This document shows positions 15,678 to 31,852 of a stretch of 64,000 nt of DNA, piece after piece. Under the pieces are notes generated by a model. The model saw nothing but the letters and a program-made list of their open reading frames with translations, did not search any database and was not told where the DNA came from. Numbering within the stretch: position 1 is the stretch's first letter; every line of letters begins with the position of its first letter. Origin of the DNA: Eledone cirrhosa (Eukaryota); NCBI GenBank assembly GCA_964016885.1, contig OZ024761.1, positions 23,932,001 through 23,996,000 on the forward strand. The letters are read 5' to 3'. A program made the position numbers and the translations under genes.

Positions 15678-16049
15678 CCCTCTCTTTCTCCCTCACTCTC
15701 TATCTTGACCCCCCCCCCCCAAAAAAAAATAACAACTAAACATTAACAAATTGTTTATACTTTTTATTATTTATTCATTACATATTTTGATATTCAGCTT
15801 TCTTCCATTGTTTCTTTCCACAAGATCCACTCATAAATTAAAAGGACGCCATTAAAAAAAACTTCCAATTAAGATGGCGCTTAAACATTACTGCTATTTC
15901 ATTAAGTTTTCCTTATTATTTCATTATCGTTTCTCACCAACACTCATGTATCGATATATATATATATATATACCTATACTTATATGTGTATATAAGTATG
16001 TAAGTATGTGTGTATGTATGCGTGCATATAAGTATATAAGTGTGTGTGT

Positions 16050-16093
<44 letters not shown>

Positions 16094-16279
16094 GTATATG
16101 TAAACGTGTATATGTACACGGATATATATATATATGTATGTGTGATTTATATATATATATGTACACACACACACACACACACACACATACACACACACAC
16201 ACACACATACACACACATACATATATATATATATTGGAAATAAACAAAAACTTGGAACATAGTAACATTTCGAAGTGTC

Positions 16280-16316
<37 letters not shown>

Positions 16317-16365
16317 TGTGTGTGTGTGTATATATATATATACATATATATATAGAGAGAGGATG

Positions 16366-16416
<51 letters not shown>

Positions 16417-16714
16417 TAGAGAAAGAGAGATGAGCCAATTCACAGTGCAACACCTGTTCATTATAAAAACAAAATGTCTAGTTTACAATTATGACAATAA
16501 ATAATATAGTAGATTACAGTATATATCCAATTTATATACACTACACATACGTAGACATCATATATATTTTTTATTAACATACACTTTATATATACAATTT
16601 TATTAACAGACACTCTTACATACAGTTTATATTAATTTACACTTATATATGCAGTTTGTATTAACATACACCTATATATGGAGTCTTCACCTGGGTAAAC
16701 CTTCAGTAACTTCA

Positions 16715-16972
16715 CGGCACGTAGGGGGCTGAGGAGGCCAAGCTCCTCAAATACCGGTCGCTCTCCGACAGGTTTGCAGTTGTACCCCTGGCAGTGGAGA
16801 CTTCTGGTGTCCTCGGCCCTAGGGCTAACACCTTACTCACCACCATAGGCGCTCAGCTGGCCAGCCGCAGCAGGTGTGAGCCCCGCGAGTTGGAGTGGCT
16901 TTTCCAGCGGGTCTCCCTTGCCGTCCGTCCTTCGGAGGAACGCCTTCTCCATCCTGTCCGCCGGGGCTGTAG
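16715..16972 (+). mobile_element. CRE-like retrotransposon C-terminal fragment (frameshifted)
   Basis: AEEAKLLKYRSLSDRFAVVPLAVETSGVLGP...WLFQRVSLAV. Same family as 3615-3836. Confidence 0.8.
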
Positions 16973-17236
16973 GGGATGGGGCCCATCGCGTAATATTCCA
17001 TATTTAGGTATCTGTGTTCTCACATGTAGACACACGTCCTTTACCATAGTGTTGTGTCCCTAAACGAAGTTTATTTCCTTTAATAGTATTGAGTACTCTG
17101 GTAGTATTACTATTGCTACCCCGATCTGCTTGCCTATCCCAGTCTCGCATCATCTCCTCAAACCCTTTTCTTCTCATTGACGAATTAGACCGATATATTC
17201 CATTGTGAAACCATAATATCTAGGCCCTAGAATTAA

Positions 17237-17457
17237 CCCTTTACCATTCACATTACTCTATATATACTATTATATTTTTCATGCTAAAGACTTTACCACA
17301 CATAATTATCTCACATAATATCGAATCTATGAGCTTTTGAAAGTATTTATTTTGAGAACAATACCTTAACATCAGTTTGAGAGACCAGTTACAGCCAGTT
17401 TCAACAGAAAAAGGTAGAGAATTCTGGCCGGTTTTGGCCGGTTTGAACATTAAAGGG
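17237..17457. mobile_element. piggyBac-type MITE
   Basis: TTAA on both sides. Termini CCCTTTACCATTCA / TGAACATTAAAGGG form imperfect TIRs. Confidence 0.75.
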
Positions 17458-17922
17458 TTAAGATTATATTCTCTTCACAGGCGATGGTCAATTATATTGT
17501 CCAAGCATAAATAAATAAAGGTGTGGTATTGAAACTTATACTCCACCACTACCACTGAGTTTTGATCGGTTGCTGCTGGCCGTGGGACTCGCAGTAAACT
17601 ATAACTTAGTGGCTGGTCTGAACCCCGAGACCCCGGTGAAGGGAACGCAATAAATCCAACAGAGCAGAGACCATATACAGATGCATTCTATGTGATAGAC
17701 ACTGCTCCAGCCGAGGTGATGACGGGATACGACCCATGGTCAGCCTTGACTGAAGAGGGCCTTACTATATATATTGGAAATACTATCCATCACCTTTTGA
17801 TACTAAACTTTTGTTTTAAATAGTTTATATATATATATATAAATTTAAATAATTTTGAAAGCCATACAATGTATTATAAAATTAAAGGTGCCAAGATAAC
17901 GATAGAGTTTTACTATAGCAAA

Positions 17923-17990
<68 letters not shown>

Positions 17991-18039
17991 CAGAAAACCA
18001 ACCAAACAGTGACTGTGTTCTGTTATTAATTCTGGCAAT

Positions 18040-18119
18040 ATTACACAAATATGACCCTCCCCAAGTATGGGTGCCCCAGCATGGCCTCAGCCGGATGGCT
18101 GAAACAGGTAAAAGAGTAA
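18040..18119 (+). mobile_element. Probable SINE 3' end
   Basis: GTGCCCCAGCATGGCC...GCTGAAACAGGTAAAAGA resembles a cephalopod SINE tail (recalled similarity, not verified). Confidence 0.45.
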
Positions 18120-18121
18120 TA

Positions 18122-18277
18122 TATAACGAAGGAAATGTGGTAAGGAACCAGGTGGACCATAACGCACCAAAGTACTCAATACTTGAGGTAGTAGAGTGGG
18201 TAATAGGAACCAGTAAGACTGAGTCCAGAATTAGCCGTCGAAACGGCTTGAGCTCAGCTGTCGGGGTCTTACTGGTT

Positions 18278-18281
<4 letters not shown>
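18122..18281. mobile_element. Family A element, inverted pair with short overlap
   Basis: ATAGGAACCAGTAAGAC ... GTCTTACTGGTTCCTAT, followed by (TA)n. Confidence 0.8.
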
Positions 18282-18326
<45 letters not shown>

Positions 18327-18417
18327 ACTAGAAATTGATTAACATATGGCGCATGTCTTTCTGGCATGACACCCATAATTTTGATTTAGATTAAATTCAT
18401 TTAATTTACCTTAATTT

Positions 18418-18485
<68 letters not shown>

Positions 18486-18497
18486 TATATATGGTTC

Positions 18498-18702
18498 CTA
18501 CAGTACTAGAACTGTTTCATTCGAAGGAAATCACGAGAATAGCCGACTTGTGTTATAAGTCGGCTTTCCTGATGATTTCCTTCGAATGAAACAGTTTTAG
18601 TCCTGTAGAAGCCACTTCTATATTACATTTTGTATATACTCTACTAATGTATTGAGTGCCTTACTTACTGTGGTTACCCCCAGTTGAACCCGGGAGATAT
18701 AT
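18498..18702 (+). mobile_element. Family D hammerhead-like element with ~52-bp hairpin arms (18498-18549 / 18557-18608)
   Basis: CTGATGA (18569)...GAAAC. A homologue lies at 29215-29285. The tail TACTGTGGTTACCCC..TTGAACCCGG is shared with 50480-50508. Confidence 0.65.
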
Positions 18703-18724
18703 TTGTCTGAAAGTATACATATAT

Positions 18725-18990
<266 letters not shown>

Positions 18991-19030
18991 TATATATATA
19001 TATATGTATGTATATATATATACACACACA

Positions 19031-19062
<32 letters not shown>

Positions 19063-19270
19063 CTTTCAAACAAACAGTTATGTATCTCCAGATTGAAAGA
19101 AGAATCAAAGTTGTGACCTTACCTTCAGGTGCCAGAAGATTAGGTGAGAAGGTTGATCCCTCTTACAATCTGGAGATATGGTCAACACTGAGCCGTGAAA
19201 CCTTAGGTAGCGGATTTGATCCCTGTATGAATATAATATAATATAGTATAACACACACACACACACACAG

Positions 19271-19316
<46 letters not shown>

Positions 19317-19750
19317 ACTAGAAATTGATTATATTATATATATATATAATCATCGTACTAGAATATAATTAATTACATGTATATATAATTAAATGTACAC
19401 ACAAACACACTTATATACATAAACATATACACACATCAACACACACATATACATACATACACACACATAAAAAAACACACGCACACACAGACATATATAC
19501 ACAAACACACAATATGTATATGTATTCCACCTTTCAAATCTACCACCACCATCACCACCACCGCCGCCACCAGCACCGCCACCACCACTACTACTACCAC
19601 CACCATACCACTGCCACCACCACCATAGTACCACCACCATCGCTACACCATACCACCACCACCATCACCACTACTACTACCACCACCACCAGCACCACTA
19701 CAGACTCACAAGCACATACACACAGACACGCACACACAGACATAGACGCG

Positions 19751-19804
<54 letters not shown>

Positions 19805-19982
19805 TACGAGCACACACATGTATACATGGAGAAAAGGAAAGGTCCTCAGTAAGCGAGAAAAGACCACTTATCACCATAAATACCCTCTCAGCGTTCATCT
19901 CAAAACAAGTTACGCATTTCTGTTTTGTTTTTTTGTTGTCTCCCCTTAAAATACATTTGTACATAGATAGCAACGTATGTAC

Positions 19983-20027
<45 letters not shown>

Positions 20028-20151
20028 CACATATCTGTAAGTATACACATATATATGAATATATATATATATGCGTGTGTTTGTGTATATATATTTATTT
20101 TTCTATATATAAATCACTTACACATATCTCTCCCTCTCTACACACATACAA

Positions 20152-20203
<52 letters not shown>

Positions 20204-20284
20204 AAATTATTTTTTCTTCTCTTAGTCGCAATTGCTCAAATAACTAAGTTACATGGGATATTTACGTGTATATATATATATAAT

Positions 20285-20344
<60 letters not shown>

Positions 20345-20425
20345 TATATATACATATGTGTGTCTGTATATATCTATATGTATATCCATATATATATATA
20401 TATATATATACATATATAGATATAT

Positions 20426-20494
<69 letters not shown>

Positions 20495-20766
20495 TATCGT
20501 TTACGTATATACATCGTATATATATATATCTACAGAAATGTGTATATTTATCCCAGAACACTCGTCAAACCGTTTAACGTACTGTGATTTTATTTGATGG
20601 TGTATATGGAGTCAATAAAAATGCAACTTTTTATGCTTTTTCGTTTTTTTAGGAGTTTTTCTTTTTTGTGAGACATAAAAATAAAGTGACGTAAAACTTA
20701 TTTAGCAATCTAACCTCCACCACTACCACTACTACTACTGCTACTACTACTACCACAGCTGCTACT

Positions 20767-20823
<57 letters not shown>

Positions 20824-21004
20824 GCACTACCACTTCTAGTACTACCACTACCACTACTACCACCACCACTACTAATAATACCACCGCTACCCCTACTACT
20901 ATTACTACCGCCACTAGCACTACTACTACCACTACCACAACTACCACTACTACTCCTACTACTATTACTACCACTACTAATACCACTACCACCACTCCCA
21001 CAAT

Positions 21005-21052
<48 letters not shown>

Positions 21053-21054
21053 CG

Positions 21055-21130
<76 letters not shown>

Positions 21131-21467
21131 CAGTACCACTACTACCACTGGTACTAACACCACCACCACCACCACCACCACTACACCACCACCACTACAC
21201 CACCACCACCACCACCACCATATCAAACCTCTGTAATTATTCTATCAACTTTTCTGCTCCGTACAATTCAATTGTAAATATGCTTTGACAAGTTTTATAT
21301 TGGCATATAAATGTTCCAGATGTATATATATATATATATATGAATGTATATATATATATATATATATATATGAATGTATATATATATATATATATATATC
21401 TATACATATACACACACATATATATATATCAATAAATACATATATAAATATATACATATATAGATAC

Positions 21468-21569
<102 letters not shown>

Positions 21570-21583
21570 TTACACACACAGAA

Positions 21584-21661
<78 letters not shown>

Positions 21662-21674
21662 AAATTCAGAAACG

Positions 21675-21737
<63 letters not shown>

Positions 21738-22069
21738 CATATACATACATTAGATATAATGTTAACATTGAATAGTAGAAATGGCGCGAAATAACGCTAA
21801 AGTAAAATAGAACAGTAGCCATGTTTTTTTGTTTTTTTTCCTATATTTTTAGTTTTGTATAAGTCTAACGTCTTTATGTTACTGTTCAGCATCCATTTTG
21901 TTTTTTGTATTTTTTGTTTTATGTTTTGTGTTTTGTGTAACTTAGCTTTTTTTCTGCCTTCGTACATGCACACGCACAAACAAAATATACACACATATAT
22001 TCACACACACGTATATATATATATATAATATATACATACCTATATAAATATACATATATATATATATGC

Positions 22070-22302
<233 letters not shown>

Positions 22303-22386
22303 ATTTATGTATATATATATATATATATGTGTGTATTTATGTATATATATATATAGTATATATATAATTATATATATATATATATA

Positions 22387-22474
<88 letters not shown>

Positions 22475-22520
22475 CACATATATAATATATATATAATTAT
22501 ATATATACATACATATATAC

Positions 22521-22607
<87 letters not shown>

Positions 22608-23230
22608 CATATATATATATACATACACAAAATCGTCGATACATTGATGCATACATACATACACACATATACACAGAGGAACACACACACACACATACAC
22701 ACACACACTCATACACACACACACATGTATATATACATATATACATATATAGACTTTCAGCCATATGTATAATGTTTTTTACTCAATTACCGTACCAAGT
22801 AAAGCCATTTTAGCATAATGCTGATGTCAAATGTAGTTGGAGTTAAAAAGCTGACGAACTCAAACAGATATGTTCAATTGATTCAATTTTCAAACATTTT
22901 TATTCTTCATGTATAAAGTACCTACATATATTATATACACGCACATGTGTATATTGTGTATATTTGTGCAATGCTTGTGTATATAAGATATTGGGTGTTT
23001 TGTATAATGTATTGTTGGAGCATGTTAATGTAAAGTGTGGTTACACACACAAACACACACACTCACTCAAACACACACAGACACACACAAATACACACAC
23101 ACACACACCCACACACACGTATACACACACATATATGATACAGACACACCTATATATATATAGTTGTATATAAGCTAACACTTATATATATATATATATT
23201 TGCTTAAACTTTAATCTGTTATTTTAATAA

Positions 23231-23296
<66 letters not shown>

Positions 23297-23348
23297 GTGT
23301 GAGCTTATATATAACTATATATATATATAGGTGTGTCTGTATCATATA

Positions 23349-23381
<33 letters not shown>

Positions 23382-23408
23382 TTGCTTAAACTTTAATCTG
23401 TTATTTTA

Positions 23409-23475
<67 letters not shown>

Positions 23476-23835
23476 ATAAGAAACGGAGAATCAGTGGTGC
23501 GACGAATAAGATTTATTTGACATATTACAATCGTTTCTCTGGCGACAAGCTCGAGGCACGATCGATGCAATGATCAAACCTGACTCTGAAATCGCAAGAT
23601 CCTCGGATATGTCTCGATTCTACGAAGCAGAGTTTCCAAATTTGCGTTGCAAAAAATATCCGATCCTCGCTGCGACCTGTCTTTTTCTATCACCTTACTG
23701 CTATCCTCTTTCTCTCTCCCCCATCTCTCTCCTTGTGCTTCTTATTTTCATTCACCCCCTCTGCTGGTAACACTCTCTCGATGATAGTCAGAAGATCACT
23801 GATGATGGACAGTCCTGTTTTTTGCTCTATTTTTC

Positions 23836-23883
<48 letters not shown>

Positions 23884-23904
23884 CCTTCGTTATATATATT
23901 TATA

Positions 23905-24113
23905 TATAACGAAGGAAATGTGGTAAGGAACCAGGTGGACCATAACGCACCAAAGTACTCAATACTTAGGGTAGTAGAGTGGGTAATAGGAACGAGTAGG
24001 ACCCCGACGGCTGAGCTCAAGCCATTTCGACGGCTAGTTCTGGACTAAAATGATTTTAGTCCAGAACTAGCCGTTGAAACGGCTTGAGCTCAGCCGTCGG
24101 GGTCCTACTCGTT

Positions 24114-24118
<5 letters not shown>
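23905..24118. mobile_element. Family A element with 66-bp palindromic arms centred on 24052
   Basis: Centre ...CTGGACTAAAAT-G-ATTTTAGTCCAG...; flanked by (TA)n. Confidence 0.85.
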
Positions 24119-24181
<63 letters not shown>

Positions 24182-24319
24182 GGTGTGTGCTATTATAAGT
24201 GATGTATGCGACATACATTATATACCAATCAGATTGACAAATAAAATATTTATTAATTTGTGTAATTGTTATATAGGTTTCTTGTAATCTATTGCTGTAG
24301 TAGAATTATGACACACTGA

Positions 24320-24367
<48 letters not shown>

Positions 24368-24374
24368 CACTACA

Positions 24375-24429
<55 letters not shown>

Positions 24430-24459
24430 GTGCGTATTCAATATTACCACCACAACCAG

Positions 24460-24494
<35 letters not shown>

Positions 24495-24689
24495 GCAGTA
24501 ACAACAACAATAACAGCAGCAACAACAGCAAAAACAACAACAACAGCAACAACGACAACAGTAACAACAGTAACAACAACAACAACTCTTTCCTCACTCT
24601 ACCTCTACCTCTCCCATCCTCTCTCACCACTCTCATCCCCTCTGTCTCTATATATAACGTAACGGGCCGTCATTACGAATGATAACCAA

Positions 24690-24800
24690 AGGCGGTGGAC
24701 TGGCAGAGTCGGTAGAGCGCCAGAAAAATGCTCAGTACTATTTATTCCGACCCTTTACTCTCTGAAACCCACCGAGCTTGAAGTTTCATACTTACGAGAT
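24690..24800 (+). mobile_element. tRNA-derived SINE 5' part (degenerate)
   Basis: A-box-like head GGCGGTGGACTGGCAGAGTCGGTAGAGCG, shared with 33942, 39620 (minus strand) and 49778. Confidence 0.65.
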
Positions 24801-24885
24801 AATGATATATTCCCTGAAATATTTATTCATACCAGCTTCTGTATTAATTTTAGATCCTAAATTAATCTATCATTCGGAATAATTA

Positions 24886-25155
24886 CCGTATTTGCTGGCC
24901 TATTGGGCGCTCTTTCGTATAAGACGCCTCCTGGGTTTATATTTTTGAGAAAAAAGTATTTTAGTGCATTTCTTTATAAATTTATTATTTCATTGTTTTG
25001 TATTACTGTATTAGTACTATTAATTGTAATAAACCATGATTATCCCCTTCCCCCGTTCGTCCTAGCATTGGTGATACGGGCGTATTGGACGCAGGGAAAA
25101 CTTTTCATATGATTATTTTTTAAAAAAATTCTGTCCAATATGCCGGCGAAAACGA
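24886..25155. mobile_element. Tc1/mariner superfamily (pogo/Tc2-like) MITE
   Basis: TA-CCGTATTTGCTGGCCTATTGGGC ... GTCCAATATGCCGGCGAAAACGA-TA: imperfect ~24-bp TIRs and TA flanks. Confidence 0.65.
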
Positions 25156-25259
25156 TACGTTTTTAGCAAAGAAATATGAGAGGCTTCTGTAATACACAGG
25201 TTACATTTTCAATATCAGTAGAATTATTAGTTTATTAGTATAGATTAATTTAAAATATA

Positions 25260-25422
<163 letters not shown>

Positions 25423-25669
25423 CCAAGGCTTAACAAATCGTACTTGTATTATATATATATATATATAAATCTCACTATGAATGTTTTATGCTGTGAAGAT
25501 GTAGTTGAGATGGTAATCCATTTGGCGATTACAATTTAGTTGAAGAGAGAATTTTCCAGTTAAAGTCATGAGATACGTCATAAGATTTAACTAGTATGAG
25601 AAATGGGATTACTTCTGGCAAAATTTAAGGACGAACACATGGATTATATATATATATATATATATATAT

Positions 25670-25800
25670 AAATATTAAAACAATGGAATTAAACAAAAAA
25701 CGGTTAATTCATAGTAAAACTCATTATTTTACGATCGTATGAATAATGAGTTTTACTATGAATTAACCGTTTTTTGTTTAATTTCATTGTTTTAATATTT
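25670..25800. repeat. ~59-bp-arm hairpin abutting (TA)n
   Basis: AAATATTAAAACAAT...CTCATTATT / AATAATGAG...ATTGTTTTAATATTT. Confidence 0.9.
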
Positions 25801-25934
25801 CTATTTTTGACTCAGTATCCAATGAATTATATCGTTGAAAATTTTGTATTTTAAACTTTGCTTCACGACATCTACATACGGATTACATTGAGTTCTTCAT
25901 ACGGTTTACACCCTGCCATTGATTGGTAGATTTA

Positions 25935-25972
<38 letters not shown>

Positions 25973-26534
25973 CACGCAAAAACACACAGACATATATACA
26001 CACACACATATATATACAGAAAGAAAGAACATGTATATATATATATATATATATGTGTATGCATACACCCACATCCACATAGTTATATACATACAATATG
26101 TCTTTTCCTCCCACTTACTCCCCCTCACCCCCCAAAAAAACAAATCATTATTCCAGAATGCAGTAAACTTATTCAATAATTAAGCAATATATTTTTATGT
26201 ATTCATAATACGCTAATGTGTGTATGTATGTATATATATATATATATATATATATACGTTTGTATGTACATATGTATGCATGTATGTATGTAATTTTGAA
26301 GGTATTTATGAACGTATACATGTATAAGTGAATGTATGTGCATGTATGTGTATGTATCTGTATATATATATATATATATACGTGTACGTGTGTTGTGTGG
26401 TAGGGTGGAGATACGATGGAAGGTGGTTGGTGTGTATATATCTATCTATATATTTAGACAGCTATATATGTATCTATCGGTGTGTAATTTAATATCATAT
26501 ATAGGAAAGTTGTATATATATATAATAAACATAT

Positions 26535-26573
<39 letters not shown>

Positions 26574-26738
26574 TATAAACATATAGATATGTATATATAT
26601 ATTTACATGTGTAGGCTTACGAGTGACGTGTAATTTATACGTGCATGTGTCATGTTATATTCACACATCATATATATATATATTAACACATTAAATGTGG
26701 GGACATCTCTCTCTTCCTGTTAATCTCCATCTCTGTCT

Positions 26739-26770
<32 letters not shown>

Positions 26771-26973
26771 TTAAATATATATGTCTGTGTGTGTATGCGC
26801 ATACATATGACACGTACCTATATTAATCCATATTTCTACATAAATAATTATACTTACATGAATGTGTTGAATTATATGCATAATATAAACTCAGATATTC
26901 ACATATATTGCTGTATATATATTTATCTCTATATATAGATAGGTGTGTATATATTTTTTGTGACACTATTGTC

Positions 26974-27019
<46 letters not shown>

Positions 27020-27165
27020 GATACATACAATGTATATTTTGACACGTTTTTCCTTCCTATTTCCCAATTTGATTTGATATTTCCTTTCTTTATTCGATTT
27101 TCCACACATTATCGTAATCTTATCTAATATATAGGTATATACACCCATCTATACACATCTATATA

Positions 27166-27246
<81 letters not shown>

Positions 27247-27267
27247 TTATATATATATATATATATA

Positions 27268-27377
<110 letters not shown>

Positions 27378-27378
27378 T

Positions 27379-27500
<122 letters not shown>

Positions 27501-27522
27501 GTAGAATATATATATATATATT

Positions 27523-27555
<33 letters not shown>

Positions 27556-28062
27556 ATATATATATAAATATATATATACATATACTTGTATATGTATATA
27601 CATACACACACACACACACATGCACCTATATATATATATTGTCCTTGTAATATGATATATCTATCAGAATTAGATTGATATTGAGGTGTGGTGATAACTT
27701 TCAAATGATTTTCTCTGAGTAATTATAATTTTCTAAAATAAATAAATAAGAAAGGCATACACACACATACACCCCCCACACACATACACACACACATACT
27801 CTCTCTCACACACACACACAGGCACATATTTATATATGCATATATATATATATATATATATATATCTGTGTGTATACATATACATACACATACACACACA
27901 TTTATATATAGCGATTGTTTGCTTAAACTTTAATCTGTTATTTTAATAAATATATATATATATATGTGTGTGTGTGTATGTGTGTCTGTGTGTATTCATG
28001 TATACACACATATACGTACACACAGACACACGCATATATATATATATATAATGTATCTGCAT

Positions 28063-28136
<74 letters not shown>

Positions 28137-28342
28137 GTGTGTGTGTGTGTGTGAGCGTCCTTGCTTTCGTTTCAAGTAAAGGCGTGTATGTATGTATGTA
28201 TATATGTATGTATATATGTATGTATGTATCTATGTATATATGTATGTATGTATATATATATGTATGTATAAATGTTTATATGTATATATGTATGCACGTA
28301 TGTCTGTATGTCTGTATGTATGTATGTATGTATGTATGTTAG

Positions 28343-28402
<60 letters not shown>

Positions 28403-28573
28403 TTTTAATAATAACGTGTGTGTGTGTATTGTATATATATGTATACACACACACATATATATATATATATATAATTGCAATAGTGACATAAACAGGTAAA
28501 TAAGTTTCGTTGGGCTCTGGACCTCAACTCATTCATAAGAAATATATAAATGTATATATATACGCACACACTG

Positions 28574-28607
<34 letters not shown>

Positions 28608-28818
28608 ATATATAATTCAAAATGAAAAATATTCGCATAATCAAAATATATACTTTATTATATATATTTCAAAGGTACTGTGCTGTTTTTTTTCAGTACG
28701 TCCTCATCAGACAAAATATATGATTTGATATATGACATACCGCTACGGTCTTGATTTTTCAATTCCCGTATTGGCAGTCAAGTTTGTTGAGTAATCAACG
28801 AACCATATTAATCTTCGG

Positions 28819-28858
<40 letters not shown>

Positions 28859-28879
28859 GTCTGTATAATGGTAGCTATG

Positions 28880-29199
28880 GTGCTTCCATAGGCGGTATGC
28901 CAAAATTAGCACTCAATATTCATACAGAGCAGAGTGTGAATAGTATAAAAAAAACGAAAAATCAGTGATGCATCTGGACTCAGTTTATTGCGTGTTACAA
29001 TTGTTTCGCCGGCAGGTAGCTCGAGACATCATCACTGTATGGATCTGGCTGATTCTACGGCTGCGGGTTCCTTCGGACACAGGCAATTCGTTCAGAGCAT
29101 GTCTCGAGCTACCTGCAGGCGAAACAATTGTAACACAATAATTATAACACAATAAACTGAGGCCAGATGCATCACTGATTTTTCGTTTTTCTATACTAT
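28880..29199. mobile_element. Family C hammerhead-like element, inverted pair (28940-29029 / 29099-29199)
   Basis: Minus arm reads GTGATGA-TGTC...GGC-GAAA-CAATTG-TA, with palindromic helix III ACAATTGT. Relatives at 23480-23560 and 50160-50320. Confidence 0.7.
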
Positions 29200-29371
29200 A
29201 TATATATATAGTATAGAAACGAGCGATTCCTGATGACTTCTAAAGAATAAAACATTTCTAGTCTTGTAGAATCTCATCTATATTAAATATATATATATAT
29301 ATATCCAGGTAAAACTTGAACCGTTAAGGTCTCATTCCTGGATATGTCAATATTTATAAAACAAACTTTGT

Positions 29372-29430
29372 ATTTTATCTGATGAGGGCTTACCAAAGTG
29401 TTGGTCCCCTTGAAATATATATAATAGAAT
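29372..29430 (+). ncRNA. Minimal type I hammerhead ribozyme (family E, element ~29340-29470)
   Basis: ATTTTAT-CTGATGA-GGG..ACCAA/TTGGT..CCC-TT-GAAA-TATATA-TA^ATAGAAT. Homologue at 58446. Confidence 0.75.
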
Positions 29431-29475
29431 AAATATGGTTTTATAAATATAGTTTCCATTCATTAATATCATTGA

Positions 29476-29513
<38 letters not shown>

Positions 29514-30424
29514 ATAGAGAGAGAGATACATACACCCCTCAACTCTGCCACCAATGAAATTTGCTTTCTCAGTGAAAATGTTTTCGCTCTTCTCACCTTG
29601 TTTCATCAAAGTCATTTCAACGTCTCATTCCGTTTTATCGTGTCTGGTACACAAATACACATACAACAACAACAACAGCAACAGCAACAGCACAACACAA
29701 ACACCAGGAAAAACAACAACAACAATAACAAACACAGATAAAACAACGACAGCAACAGCAACAGTATAAGCAACAGTGACCATAACATGAACAACTACAA
29801 TCTTAACAATAACATCAGTAGCAACAAGAACAACTGCAACAACAAAAACAACAACAATAACACCAACAACACCAACACCAATCAACACAACCACCACCAC
29901 CAGCACCACCAACAACAACATCAGCACCACCAGCACCAATAACAGCAGCACCACCACCACCAACAACAACATCAACAACACCAACAACAACAACACCAAC
30001 AACAACAACACCACCAACAACAACTCCAACAACAACAACACCAACCACCAACAACAACAACACCAACACCATCAACAACAACAACACCAACAACAACAAC
30101 ACCAACCACCACCAACAACAACACCAACAACAACACCATCAACAACAACAACAACACCACCAGCACCAATAACAACAACACCAACAACAACACCAACAAC
30201 AACACCAACACCAATAACACCAACAACACCAACACCAACAACACCACCAGCACCAACAACACCAACAACAACACCACCCCAACAACACACCACCAACAAC
30301 ACCACCAACACCACCTCCAACCCCACCAACAATACCACCACCACCACCATCAACAACAACAACACTACATTCAAGCACAACACCAATATAAACAGGTTTT
30401 TTAAAAAGAATGTTACTAGCAAAA

Positions 30425-31140
30425 TATCTATACAATATATATATAATATATATACAATATAAAATATATATAAATTATACATAAAATGAATATAAAGAAT
30501 ATATAGATTATATATAAACTACAGAGAAAATAAATATAAAATATATACTAAATACATATAAATTATATACTAAATACATATAAATTATATATAAAATACA
30601 TATAAATCAAAATATATATAAAATACATATGAAATATATACAAATTATATATAAAATAAATGTAAATTATATATTAAATAAATATAAACTATGTATAAAA
30701 TATCTAAATTACATATGAAATAGATGTAAATTATATATAAAATAAATATAAAATGTATATAAAATACATATAAACTATATATAAATTACATATAAATCAT
30801 ATATAAAATACATATAAATTACATATAAATTATATATAAATACATATAAATCCCATGTAAAATACATATAAAATATATACAAATTATATATAAAGTAAAT
30901 ATAAATTATATAGAAAATACATAGAAAATATACATAGAAAATCCATATAAATTACATATAAAATACATATAAATTATATATAAAATATATATATTATATA
31001 TAAAATACATATAAATTATATATAAAATAATAATAAATTTTATATAAAATGCATATAAATTACATATATATAAAATACATATAAATTACATATATATAAA
31101 ATACATATAAATTACATATATATAAAATACATATAAAAAT
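30425..31140. repeat. Degenerate AT-rich tandem array (~22-26-bp AAATACATATAAATTATATATAA-like unit)
   Basis: Visible periodicity. Confidence 0.8.
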
Positions 31141-31463
31141 CTACAATACAAACCTTATTTACACATATCACCTTTTGCTTCCTGAACCTTCCATCCAGTT
31201 CTTTCGCTTATCTGGTTATTTAAGCAAAAATTCCCTCCCTACCGCACCCCATTACACACAGACCCTTCACTTCATTAGACCTCCCCCACACTCCTCCTTT
31301 TATCCCTTACCAACCCCTACCACCACACCACCCCCTTTATTTTCACACGGTTTCGCGTTTTTCCATCTTGTTTTCAGTTTGTTTTATAATATTGTTGTTG
31401 TAGGTGGTGTTGTAATTCTTTTTGTTGTTGTTGGTGTTGTAGTTCTTGTTGTTGTTGGTGTTA

Positions 31464-31510
<47 letters not shown>

Positions 31511-31567
31511 TACATTTTCTTTTTCTTCTTATCATGGTCTTATTCGTGTCGATGGGGTGTTATTCCT

Positions 31568-31642
<75 letters not shown>

Positions 31643-31655
31643 TATATGCAGTTAT

Positions 31656-31698
<43 letters not shown>

Positions 31699-31716
31699 TA
31701 TATGTATGTATATATC

Positions 31717-31750
<34 letters not shown>

Positions 31751-31789
31751 AATACCAATAAATGTCTCTCCCGCCCCCCCCCCCCCCTC

Positions 31790-31852
<63 letters not shown>

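Noticed and set aside
23799-23822. CTGATGA-TGGACAGTCC
   Set aside because: No downstream GAAA or helix III; at most a truncated 5' half.
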